Origin: a virus
Taxonomy: Duplodnaviria > Caudoviricetes
Strand: one strand, 5' to 3'
DNA length: 31,050 nucleotides
Virus record (IMG/VR): IMGVR_UViG_3300008113_000759
Coordinates: 1 to 31,050 of that record
Part shown: positions 1-8,170 of the stretch, in pieces
How positions within the stretch are numbered: the first letter of the stretch is position 1
Layout of the letters: the number at the start of each line of letters is the position of its first letter
Program-made: the position numbers and the translations under genes
The notes under the pieces: generated by a model
Databases searched by the model: none
Told to the model about the DNA's origin: nothing
What the model saw: only the letters and a program-made list of their open reading frames with translations

Positions 1-46
1 TCAATAAGAATGAACCTATTGCATTACATACTAGGATTGTTTTCAT
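1..46 (-). CDS. 5' end of a small early gene running off the window (MKTILVCNAIGSFLL...)
   Basis: ATG at 46-44, preceded by AAAGG and an unstructured (TCAA)n leader; the frame stays open to the window edge. Confidence 0.5.
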   Translation of the reverse strand, partial: MKTILVCNAIGSFLL

Positions 47-66
47 GGTTACTAACCTTTTAAAAG

Positions 67-82
67 TTGATTGATTGATTGA
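67..82. repeat. (TTGA)4 tandem microrepeat, giving an A/C-rich leader on the minus-strand mRNA
   Basis: ttga ttga ttga ttga seen directly. Confidence 0.8.
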
Positions 83-87
83 TACGC

Positions 88-133
88 AAAGCATATCGCA
101 TGACCTAGCACGCTAGGCCATACGCTAGGCTTT
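88..133 (-). promoter_or_regulatory. Long intergenic RNA stem-loop with an internal loop (RNase III-site-like or terminator-like)
   Basis: Minus strand reads AAAGC-CTAG-CGTATGGCCTAGC-GT-GCTAGGTCATGCG-ATAT-GCTTT; the two G-U pairs work only on the minus strand. Confidence 0.6.
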
Positions 134-503
134 AGTCCATACGTGACTCTACGTATGCTTTTATGCCGTGCTCATTCAATACGCTAGCAAACGCATACGC
201 ATATGCTTCCTTTTTTTGCAGCGATTGATTGAATTGACGTATTGACATGCTTACACCGCCGTTATAGGCTTTGCGGCCTAAACCGTTTGCTACTAAGTAT
301 TTCGCAAACTTACTATTGGCGGGTTTAACTGTAACGCTAGCAAACCCGCAAACACCGTCAGCAACAAAGTATTCCCGTACAAGCCTAGAATCGTCATTTA
401 ACGGGTTTTCACGTTGTTGCACTACCATAGGTGTAACGGTAGTCATTTGAACGGCGGCATTGCCCTTGTAGTCAGCCTGAGAGTATATTGTTTGTTCGTT
501 CAT
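132..503 (-). CDS. Hypothetical phage early protein (GVCGFASV motif)
   Basis: ORF track; GAGGA SD upstream of the ATG at 503 favours MNEQ as the start. Confidence 0.8.
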   Translation of the reverse strand: MNEQTIYSQADYKGNAAVQMTTVTPMVVQQRENPLNDDSRLVREYFVADGVCGFASVTVKPANSKFAKYLVANGLGRKAYNGGVSMSIRQFNQSLQKKEAYAYAFASVLNEHGIKAYVESRMD

Positions 504-541
504 GGATACTATCCTCATTGTTTGTTGATTGAATTGTAAAC

Positions 542-555
542 CCTAGAATTCTAGG
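542..555. repeat. Perfect 14-bp palindrome CCTAGAATTCTAGG
   Basis: Seen directly, between the putative leftward promoter and the first leftward gene. Confidence 0.75.
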
Positions 556-573
556 CCTTACATATATATACAT

Positions 574-608
574 AATAGAATCGTGCCAACCCTTGTAAGT
601 ATATGATT
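574..608 (-). promoter_or_regulatory. Putative leftward promoter: sigma54-like -24 box with an adjacent IHF-like site
   Basis: Minus strand TGGCACGATTCTATT (588-574; consensus TGGCACG-N4-TTGC, -12 box is non-canonical); AATCATATACTTA (608-596) is one mismatch from WATCAANNNNTTR. Confidence 0.45.
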
Positions 609-831
609 TATATAGCATAGGAATTACCCTTATGTACATCTATACAGTATATATCCTAGTAATAAAGTTATGACAACGGTAGTAAGACTAGGGTTAGACT
701 ATGTAGTATACTAATTCTATTCTAGATGTGTTTATCTAATAGCTTATCTATACGTTAGCCTGGTCAACTACAGGGGACACAATGGGGTTATCACATCCCG
801 TGCTTGTACGTACATACATTTCCCCTACGCG

Positions 832-895
832 CTACACGCTAGCATTCTAGATTTTGGGTATGGTGCTAGACGCTACAGCACACACTACACGCTAG
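832..895. repeat. Direct repeat CTACACGCTAG x2 (832-842, 885-895) within CTAG-rich non-coding DNA
   Basis: Seen directly. Confidence 0.7.
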
Positions 896-1084
896 TTCTT
901 TGGCGCGCGCATTTGGGTCTGAGGGTCTGAAAAGAGGTGTACCCCACTTCTCGCCCCCCATAGAAAAATTCTGTTTTTCCAAAATTAGTGTTTTCTGGTA
1001 GAGTTGGTTTTGCAGTTGTTGCTAGTTCCTGAATACTAACCCTTTTTTTATCTATACTATGGAGTTATTGGTAGAGAGGTTAAT

Positions 1085-1306
1085 ATGATTACAGAGCTAG
1101 TGCTGGAGAGTGGAGTAAGGATGCCTAAACAGCGTACTGTTTACGCTTACCCGTATGAGGATATGGAGGTGGGGGATAGTTTTGTAGTTCCTCTGGTAGC
1201 CCGTGCGAAGGTGTTGAATGCAAACTACAGGGCTGGTAAGAGGTTGGGCAGGTACTTTGCTGCCAGGACTGAGGGTGACACTGTCAGGGTGTGGAGAATG
1301 TCATGA
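1085..1306 (+). CDS. Small conserved phage protein, probably DNA-binding (YPYEDMEVGDSF...VRVWR)
   Basis: ORF with GAGG SD; motif typical of a widespread family of small phage proteins. Confidence 0.8.
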   Translation: MITELVLESGVRMPKQRTVYAYPYEDMEVGDSFVVPLVARAKVLNANYRAGKRLGRYFAARTEGDTVRVWRMS

Positions 1307-1518
1307 GTGAACTACTGTGGATGACGGAGGATGAGTTGCGGCATGTGTGTCGCATTCTGGCTACTCGTCTTTGTCAAACAGAGGGGAAGATGCTCATGAT
1401 GTCGGTGGAGATAGAGAAGGCGGTGGCGTATGGCTACAGAGTTGGATTTGAGGATGCAACTACAGGAGAGCCGTTTGCGCTTGCGAGCAGAGATGAGGAG
1501 AGCCTCGTCTTGCATTAA
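1303..1518 (+). CDS. Hypothetical protein
   Basis: ATGA overlap with the upstream stop; GGAG SD. Confidence 0.65.
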   Translation: MSELLWMTEDELRHVCRILATRLCQTEGKMLMMSVEIEKAVAYGYRVGFEDATTGEPFALASRDEESLVLH

Positions 1519-1651
1519 GAAAGAGGAGAAGGTTGCTCTTGTCAATGATTGGAAGAGCAGGTATTCAGAAAGACATGTTCGGGAACTTATAGCGTGTGCA
1601 AAGACAGATTGTCGCTACGTTATTGCTAATTGGAAAATAGAGGAGTTATAA
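1430..1651 (+). CDS. Hypothetical helical protein (start uncertain: 1430, 1454 or 1493)
   Basis: ORF fills the gap up to the next gene, whose ATG directly follows its stop. Confidence 0.6.
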   Translation: MATELDLRMQLQESRLRLRAEMRRASSCIKKEEKVALVNDWKSRYSERHVRELIACAKTDCRYVIANWKIEEL

Positions 1652-2194
1652 ATGGAAGAGATTGACAAAGACGTTATGGGTCAGATGTTGTTTGAAAAGG
1701 CAAAGACAGATTATCCTTACTTATCCGACAAAGACATTTCTTTCAAGTATTCGCCTAATCAAGGCCGTGGGTATTTGGAGTTTTATCCTCCAGACGAGCC
1801 TGGCTCTCCTGAGTACCCACGCCCTAAAGAACTGCCACTGAGTAAAGTTGGTATAGAGGTGTTTGACCCAGCTACAAAACCTTTGGATATTCTTGCTGAC
1901 TATGTGAGTCATTATGGTGTTGAGTCTGACCCATACTTGTCTGAGCGTTACCAGAACTTTACACAGTCCATGACACCAGACCAAAACAAGCGGTTACAAG
2001 AACAATACAAATATTATCAAGAACATCCAGAATATAAAGAACAACGTGCTTTTGAAGACTGGGCAAAAACAAGCGGGTTGCCTGGTTACTTTCGGGGCTA
2101 TACCTTTAATCAATGGCCTGATTCGGAGCAGATGTATACCCCTGAACAACTAAATGTCCTTAACCAAGTCCGTAGCTACTTGGGTATTAAATGA
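1652..2194 (+). CDS. Hypothetical protein upstream of the terminase
   Basis: 180-aa ORF with strong GAGGAG SD, coupled to terL by an ATGA-type overlap. Confidence 0.8.
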   Translation: MEEIDKDVMGQMLFEKAKTDYPYLSDKDISFKYSPNQGRGYLEFYPPDEPGSPEYPRPKELPLSKVGIEVFDPATKPLDILADYVSHYGVESDPYLSERYQNFTQSMTPDQNKRLQEQYKYYQEHPEYKEQRAFEDWAKTSGLPGYFRGYTFNQWPDSEQMYTPEQLNVLNQVRSYLGIK

Positions 2195-3948
2195 ACTTTG
2201 ACCTGAAGAAGTTTTACAAGTTCTGTTCCGAACTCAAGATTGAGACTAAGGAAGAGGGCTTGAAGAAGATGGGTAACCTTCTGGGTACTCAGACATATGT
2301 GATGGATGAGATACAGAAAGGTTTAGATGAAGACGTTCACTTCTTTGTCATCCTCAAAGGTAGGCAGTTGGGTATCACAACTATTTCCCTCGCTCTTGAT
2401 TTATATTGGCAATTCACCCACCCTGGCTGGCAAGGCACTCTTGTTGCGGATACGGAAGAGAACAGAGACATGTTCCGTTCTACTCTTGCTATGTACATTG
2501 AAGGATTACCCAAGGAATACAAGATACCCTTGGTTGCCCATAACCGCAACCAGATGGTTCTCAAGAACAGGTCAAGATTGTTCTATCAAATTGCGGGAAA
2601 TAAGTCTCGTCTGGGACAAGGTAAAGCTATCACTTATCTACACGGTACAGAGACAGCCTCTTGGGGAAACGAAGAAGGTCTAGCCTCGCTGATAGCTTCT
2701 CTTGCTGAAAAGAATCCAGAAAGGCTGTACTTGTTTGAGAGTACGGCTCAAGGTTTCAACATGTTCCACGACATGTACAAGATTGCCAAGCGAGCAAAGA
2801 CTCAACGTGCAATCTTCTGCGGCTGGTGGAGGAATGAGTATTACCAAGTCCCTGCCGACTCAAACATCTACAAGGTGTACTGGGATGGCAAGCTGACAGG
2901 GGAAGAAAAGGAATGGCACAAAGATATTAAGAAGCTGTACGGCTTTGAGATTAACTCTAGGCAGATGGCCTGGTGGCGTTGGAAGATGGCAGAGGGCATC
3001 AAAGATGATGCTCTTATGTACCAAGAGTTTCCACCCACTGAGGACTATGCTTTTGTGATGACAGGCACATCCTTCTTCTCACATACCCGCTGTACAGAAG
3101 CAGCTAAGAAGAGCAAGACCACAGAATGTGATTACTACAGGTATTCGTTTGGTCAACTCTTTCAAGACACTGAGGTGCTCAAGTCTACGGAACGTCTGGG
3201 AACTCTTAAAGTGTTTGAAGAGCCTATAGATTCTGCTTACTATGTGATAGGTGCAGACCCTGCCTACGGTAGTTCTGACTGGGCAGACAGATTCTGTATT
3301 CAGGTCTACCGCTGTTATGCAGATGGGCTTGACCAAGTAGCAGAGTTTGCAACCTCTGAACTCAACACCTACCAGTTTGCGTGGGTGATAGCTCACCTTG
3401 CTGGCGCATACAAGAACTCTACCCTCAACTTGGAAGTTAATGGCCCAGGTCAGGCGGTTATCAATGAGTTGCGTAACTTGAAACGTTTGGCAACCTCTAT
3501 GGGTGGAGCCACAGGTCGGGATTTGATGGATGTGTTGGGTAGCATGACAAACTACATCTGGAGGCGTAACGACACCCTTGGTGGTCTGTCCAACAGTATT
3601 GGCTACCTCACCACCGCCAACAGCAAAGAACGCATGTTGCAGTACATGAAAGACTATTTTGAGCGGGGCATGATGGGCATTCTTAGCATGGATACCCTAG
3701 AGGAAATGAAAGGTATCGTGCGAGAAGGAGGTTTCTTGGGCGCACCTGGTCGTGGTAAAGATGACCGTGTGATTGCCTCTGCCCTCGCTGCCGTTGCCTA
3801 CGCAGAGCAGATTCAACCGAGATTGATAGCACACAAGCTCTCCCGCAATGTGAGCGCAGCACAAGAGTCTTTCTCCCCTGAACAAATAGCTGTCGGCCGA
3901 AACGTAAGTGATTATTTAAAAAGGATTGGAATGTATGGTTCACAGTGA
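2191..3948 (+). CDS. terL: Terminase large subunit
   Basis: Walker A-like ILKGRQLGITT, Walker B variant YLHGTE, ESTAQG coupling motif, RNase H-like nuclease motifs YVIGADPAYG and KDDRVIA. Confidence 0.93.
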   Translation: MNFDLKKFYKFCSELKIETKEEGLKKMGNLLGTQTYVMDEIQKGLDEDVHFFVILKGRQLGITTISLALDLYWQFTHPGWQGTLVADTEENRDMFRSTLAMYIEGLPKEYKIPLVAHNRNQMVLKNRSRLFYQIAGNKSRLGQGKAITYLHGTETASWGNEEGLASLIASLAEKNPERLYLFESTAQGFNMFHDMYKIAKRAKTQRAIFCGWWRNEYYQVPADSNIYKVYWDGKLTGEEKEWHKDIKKLYGFEINSRQMAWWRWKMAEGIKDDALMYQEFPPTEDYAFVMTGTSFFSHTRCTEAAKKSKTTECDYYRYSFGQLFQDTEVLKSTERLGTLKVFEEPIDSAYYVIGADPAYGSSDWADRFCIQVYRCYADGLDQVAEFATSELNTYQFAWVIAHLAGAYKNSTLNLEVNGPGQAVINELRNLKRLATSMGGATGRDLMDVLGSMTNYIWRRNDTLGGLSNSIGYLTTANSKERMLQYMKDYFERGMMGILSMDTLEEMKGIVREGGFLGAPGRGKDDRVIASALAAVAYAEQIQPRLIAHKLSRNVSAAQESFSPEQIAVGRNVSDYLKRIGMYGSQ

Positions 3949-4741
3949 ATTGACCATCGTGTCTGTCTACGGACACAACAATGGAGCGTCTGCCATACCC
4001 TCCATAGTCAAGTCTATGCAAGAGTTGCCAGGCTCACAAGGCTTACTCATCTCCCTAGAAGAACCCCCCAACTTGCCAAGCAATGTAGTCTGGAAGCGTT
4101 GCCACCACATAGACTACCTTGGGTATTCCCTCTTCATGATGCACGGCTTGTACGCCTATATAGAGACTGACTACTGCCTTATCGTCCAAGACGATGGGTG
4201 GGTTCTGAACGGCAAGAACTTCAAGCCTGAATACTATGACTACGATTACATAGGCGCACCCTCACATTGCGCTTTTGGTGACGGTAACCTGTACCTACAC
4301 TTTTCTTGGACTCAGGCTACAGAGCCAGTCAAAGTGGTGCAAAACGGTGGATTCTCTTTGCGAAGCAAGCGATTCTTAGAAGCCTGTAACAAGCACGGCA
4401 TCATGCACCTAAATGCAAATGAGATACACGGCTGGAATGAAGATGCCCAACTTACAGCTATATTGAAACCAGTTCTTAAATCTTATGGTTATAAGTATTG
4501 TCCTGATGAAATAGCTAAAAACTTCAGCATTGAGTATGTTGGGCACGGCTTTCACGAAGAAAACTTTGATTTTGGTGGTTTGCTAGGCCACCATGCCCAG
4601 ACAAGAAAGCTAAAAACAAATAATCACATCGTTGTTCCTGCTGACCCTACAAAATCGTATGGGGAAGTTAAGTTTATTTTGTGGTTGCAAGACCAAGGTT
4701 ACACAGTGGAGTACCAATATGAGTCCGTTAAGCAAGCGTGA
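3935..4741 (+). CDS. Glycosyltransferase-like protein (DUF5672-like)
   Basis: CLIVQDDGWV, YDYIGAP, NGGFSLRSKRFL and NED motifs; ATG at 3935. Confidence 0.75.
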   Translation: MVHSELTIVSVYGHNNGASAIPSIVKSMQELPGSQGLLISLEEPPNLPSNVVWKRCHHIDYLGYSLFMMHGLYAYIETDYCLIVQDDGWVLNGKNFKPEYYDYDYIGAPSHCAFGDGNLYLHFSWTQATEPVKVVQNGGFSLRSKRFLEACNKHGIMHLNANEIHGWNEDAQLTAILKPVLKSYGYKYCPDEIAKNFSIEYVGHGFHEENFDFGGLLGHHAQTRKLKTNNHIVVPADPTKSYGEVKFILWLQDQGYTVEYQYESVKQA

Positions 4742-5108
4742 ACTGACAAAACACATGCAGCGTTTCTACGCTGACAAGGAAAGAGGCATCTCTATTGCCC
4801 TTTTTGCTGAACTTGCAGGGATAAGTCATGGGCATTTCCATGATGTATTCATCTATAACGAAGAACCCTTAACAGAAAACGTGCAAAAACGGGTCAGTAA
4901 AGCCTATCAACAGTGGGTTGCTGGCAATGTAAAGGTCATGAAACGCATAGATAACACCCGTTATGTGGACTACAGAAAGACATCTCAACCAGTTTTTAAG
5001 CCAAAAATGGGTCTACAGGTGACCTCAGACGGCATAAAAATCAAAGTTGGGATGGTAAACAGGCACGATTACAGCGAAATTTCACTTGACGAAGCACTTA
5101 GGGGGTAA
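4719..5108 (+). CDS. Putative HTH DNA-binding protein
   Basis: ISIALFAELAGISHGHFHDVF resembles an XRE-type HTH; GGAG SD before the ATG at 4719. Confidence 0.6.
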   Translation: MSPLSKRELTKHMQRFYADKERGISIALFAELAGISHGHFHDVFIYNEEPLTENVQKRVSKAYQQWVAGNVKVMKRIDNTRYVDYRKTSQPVFKPKMGLQVTSDGIKIKVGMVNRHDYSEISLDEALRG

Positions 5109-5110
5109 AA

Positions 5111-5617
5111 ATGGGAATACTGAGAGACTATTACTGCACAAACCACGGAATCTTTGAGGCATGGGAGCCAACATGCCCTATGAAACATTGCAAAGGTGAG
5201 TTATCTGTTGTCCACTTGAAGCCAGTAGGCACAAGGTCGGCAAAAACCTCTGCAACCGACAATAATCTGAAGCAACTGGCTATTGAATACGATATGACGG
5301 ACATTAAGTCCACAAAAGCGGGAGAACACCAGACTGGCTACATGAAACGCAAGAATAAACTGTCAGACAAGCAGTTTGCCGAGGCTACAGACGCAATTCA
5401 GTCCCAGAATCAACAACAACAGAAACAAACCCGCCCTGGCGAGTCCGTTATCTGGGGTGGAGGTGGCAACATTAGCATGAAATCGGTTATGGGTGGACAA
5501 TTTAAGTCTGTTAACGGAGAATCCGTGGGAATTAACCCAAAATCAGCAGGTGACTTGCAAGGCCCCCGTGCGAATGTGGTAATGAATGACCACGAAAACT
5601 TACAGGTGAGAAAATGA
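5111..5617 (+). CDS. Zinc-ribbon (FmdB-like) phage protein
   Basis: N-terminal DYYCxxH...CPxxxC; typical position immediately before the portal gene. Confidence 0.7.
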   Translation: MGILRDYYCTNHGIFEAWEPTCPMKHCKGELSVVHLKPVGTRSAKTSATDNNLKQLAIEYDMTDIKSTKAGEHQTGYMKRKNKLSDKQFAEATDAIQSQNQQQQKQTRPGESVIWGGGGNISMKSVMGGQFKSVNGESVGINPKSAGDLQGPRANVVMNDHENLQVRK

Positions 5618-7260
5618 GAATCCCTAAAGAACCCGTAGCCAGAGAAAATTTTTATTTAGAACTCATAGAGAAGTGCCTTGTCAGTCGTGAACAGCGCAAG
5701 GTTGATTACACATCCTTACGCTCTTACTATCTGTTTGGTAATGCGCCTGATGATGTACCCGCCATCTACAACAAGATTTACCCACACATAGACCAGCTTA
5801 CCTCGTTTCTGTACTCAGCAGAAACCACCAAGTTCTCTATCCACACAGGTGCTTCTGTTGCAGAACAAGAACAAATCAAAGTTCCTAGCTTAAGCAAAGC
5901 TCTCAATGACGAGTGGCTCAACAGCAACGCTGACCAGGTATTCTCAACCGCAGTTACTTGGTCACTTTGCTACAACACAGCCTTTGTCAAACTTGTTATC
6001 AACAATGGTATTCACCCCTACATGGTAGAACCCGCCTGTATTGGCGTGTTACGTGAAGACAGTTCCTACACTGACAGACAAGAAGCTCTTGTCCAAACCT
6101 ACTACATCACCAAGTCAGAGTTGTACGACAGACTCTACAGTCATCCTGACAGAGATGCTATTGTCAAGCGGGTTATGACCACGCAACATGAGCGTACCGA
6201 AATTGCTAACGGTATTCAGCGCATTATCCTGTCTCAATCTAATCCTACGTTGTACGGCAATATCAATCTTGATTTGTCGGGTAACCCTACCTACAAAGCA
6301 CAAGTTTCTGAAGAAACCATAGAAATGGTTGAGCTATGGGTCTGGAATGACGAGACAAAAGACTATCAGGTAGTTACAAAAGCTGACCCTAATGTCATCA
6401 TCTATGACAGACCAGGCGAGTCAATGTTCCTTAAAGGCGAGTTGCCATTTGTGCAAATCTGCCCTAATCCTTTGTACGACTATTACTGGGGTGGCTCAGA
6501 AGTTCAACGTCTGGTTTATCTCCAGCAGCTACGCAATAAACGTATGACCGAGATACTGGACTTGCTTGCTAAACAGGTCAGCCCACCTACCGCCCTCATT
6601 GGCTTTACAGGTATTCTTGATGAGAAGAACTTTGCGCTAAACAGAGCAGGTGGCTTAATCGCAACTGATATGCCAAACGCTAAGGTAGAGAAGTTAGCAC
6701 CCACTATACCTCCTGATTTATTCCGTGAAATTGGTGAAATAGACCTGATGTTTGAAGAAGCATCTGGCATTGTTTCTGTATTGCAAGGTCGTGGAGAAGC
6801 AGGTGTACGCTCTTCTGGTCACGCTTCTACACTTGCCCGTCTGGGTTCAAGTCGAGCCAAGAAACGTGCCCTCATCATTGAAGACAGCTTAGAGAAGATG
6901 GCAACGTTGTATCTCAAGTGTATGCAGGTCTATGACAACACCCACTACACAGATGCAATGGGACTAAAATTTATTGCTGACCAGTTCACCAAAAACTTTG
7001 TGGTCAAAGTGGACGCTCACTCTAATTCACCCATCTTTATGGAAGACAGCCGCAAAATGGCATTTGAGTTGTTCCAGGCTGGCGTGATTGACAAAGAATC
7101 CTTGCTTGACATGATTGAGCCGCCAATGAAACAATTGTTGTTGGATAGATTAAGAAAAGCAGAGGAAAAGCAAGCTGCTCAACAGGCTATGGAGCAACAA
7201 ATGCAACAAATGCAACCTCCAAAAACAGAAGGTAAACCAGACTTGAAAAAGGTGGGATGA
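5614..7260 (+). CDS. Portal (head-tail connector) protein
   Basis: 548 aa, between terL and the capsid genes; NKIYPHID, LPFVQI, FEEASGI-x-x-VLQG motifs and a Q-rich C-terminal tail typical of P22-like portals. Confidence 0.85.
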   Translation: MRIPKEPVARENFYLELIEKCLVSREQRKVDYTSLRSYYLFGNAPDDVPAIYNKIYPHIDQLTSFLYSAETTKFSIHTGASVAEQEQIKVPSLSKALNDEWLNSNADQVFSTAVTWSLCYNTAFVKLVINNGIHPYMVEPACIGVLREDSSYTDRQEALVQTYYITKSELYDRLYSHPDRDAIVKRVMTTQHERTEIANGIQRIILSQSNPTLYGNINLDLSGNPTYKAQVSEETIEMVELWVWNDETKDYQVVTKADPNVIIYDRPGESMFLKGELPFVQICPNPLYDYYWGGSEVQRLVYLQQLRNKRMTEILDLLAKQVSPPTALIGFTGILDEKNFALNRAGGLIATDMPNAKVEKLAPTIPPDLFREIGEIDLMFEEASGIVSVLQGRGEAGVRSSGHASTLARLGSSRAKKRALIIEDSLEKMATLYLKCMQVYDNTHYTDAMGLKFIADQFTKNFVVKVDAHSNSPIFMEDSRKMAFELFQAGVIDKESLLDMIEPPMKQLLLDRLRKAEEKQAAQQAMEQQMQQMQPPKTEGKPDLKKVG

Positions 7261-7439
7261 TGGCTACAAACAACACAGGCATGACACAACCTACGGCTGA
7301 CCAACCACGGGTTGACACCGCTTCTTTGAAAAGAAACGAAGCAAGCCCTAACTTGACAATGCGTCAAACTGGGTATAAAACCTCATACGGGAGGAGTCAA
7401 CGTGACTCTAACCGCAAACAATACGGGAGTTCAAGATGA
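7257..7439 (+). CDS. Small hypothetical protein
   Basis: Coupled to the portal stop; basic C-terminus. Confidence 0.65.
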   Translation: MMATNNTGMTQPTADQPRVDTASLKRNEASPNLTMRQTGYKTSYGRSQRDSNRKQYGSSR

Positions 7440-7477
7440 ACATGAAGTCAAAAAGTGGACGTAAGTGCCGCCGTTAA
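7436..7477 (+). CDS. 13-aa basic micro-peptide MNMKSKSGRKCRR
   Basis: GGGAG SD 6 nt upstream; ATGA overlap with the previous stop. Confidence 0.45.
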   Translation: MNMKSKSGRKCRR

Positions 7478-7484
7478 TTCAAGA

Positions 7485-7526
7485 TTCCGCAAGGAAGGGT
7501 GTGGCTGCCTCCCCTTTGAGGTGGCC
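7485..7526 (+). ncRNA. Candidate structured RNA element (GNRA hairpin plus 9-bp hairpin, possible pseudoknot or switch)
   Basis: UUCC-GCAA-GGAA (7485-7496); GGCUGCCUC-CCCUUU-GAGGUGGCC (7503-7526) with two G-U pairs; loop is complementary to GAAGGG (7494-7499). Confidence 0.45.
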
Positions 7527-7544
7527 TTGTAAAAGGAAATTATC

Positions 7545-7619
7545 ATGATGTACGGAAAAGCAAAAATGGTTCCCAAAATGGCTCGTATGGGACGCAAAGC
7601 CCGTAAAGGTCGCAAGTAA
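7545..7619 (+). CDS. 24-aa protamine-like peptide MMYGKAKMVPKMARMGRKARKGRK
   Basis: AAGGA SD; 10 K/R residues and no acidic residue. Confidence 0.7.
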   Translation: MMYGKAKMVPKMARMGRKARKGRK

Positions 7620-7626
7620 TGTCTAC

Positions 7627-7651
7627 AGAGGGCTGACAAAAAATGCCCTCT
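7627..7651. other. Hairpin AGAGGGC-N11-GCCCTCT
   Basis: 7-bp perfect stem with no U-tract, so not a canonical intrinsic terminator. Confidence 0.5.
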
Positions 7652-7656
7652 ACCTA

Positions 7657-7687
7657 TTGACAAGATGTTTGTAAGTGGTTACAAACA
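7657..7687 (+). promoter_or_regulatory. sigma70-like promoter overlapped by a perfect 9-bp inverted repeat (operator-like)
   Basis: TTGACA-N17-TACAAA; TGTTTGTAA-GTGG-TTACAAACA at 7666-7687. Confidence 0.55.
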
Positions 7688-7702
7688 CGGCAAGGAGTGA
7701 TT

Positions 7703-8161
7703 ATGAGTGTTCCACCAGATAAGTTGATGGAGTTAATGCGAGGCGGTCAAGCGGCTGCGGGCGCACCCACCCCTAATGAATCGCAAATGCCAGAAGATAT
7801 GGGTGAAATGGAGCCGCCTCCAATGGCCTCCCCCATGTCTACTCCAGAACCTAAAATGGGAAACAAAGAAGCCGCACTTATTAACATAAGCATGGCTATT
7901 GATTTGCTTGAACAGTCCCTACCCGCTTTTGGCTCAGTTTCCGAAGAGGGGAAGAAAACCCTCAACGCTATTCGTGCACTCAGCGGATTGATTGGTCAGA
8001 AAAAAGGCAAGACTGACGAGTTACAGCAATCTGAAATTCTTCAGTTATTGCAAACCTTGCCACAGGCGGGTGGTGCTACCCCTGAAGGCACAGCAATGGC
8101 TCAAGCATCCGTCCCTGGTATTCCCCCTCAAGGCGGTATGCCTCCCTCTCCCCAAATTTAA
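7703..8161 (+). CDS. Pro/Met-rich head-associated hypothetical protein
   Basis: AAGGAG SD before the ATG at 7703; disordered ends with a helical core; lies between portal and scaffold. Confidence 0.75.
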   Translation: MSVPPDKLMELMRGGQAAAGAPTPNESQMPEDMGEMEPPPMASPMSTPEPKMGNKEAALINISMAIDLLEQSLPAFGSVSEEGKKTLNAIRALSGLIGQKKGKTDELQQSEILQLLQTLPQAGGATPEGTAMAQASVPGIPPQGGMPPSPQI

Positions 8162-8170
8162 GGAATCAAA

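Noticed and set aside
1003-1049. Imperfect hairpin followed by a T-run (terminator?)
   Set aside because: The stem is weak and interrupted, so it cannot be supported
7478-7530. Known self-cleaving ribozyme (hammerhead, twister, pistol, HDV-like)
   Set aside because: I could not find the conserved catalytic cores; kept only as an unclassified structured RNA
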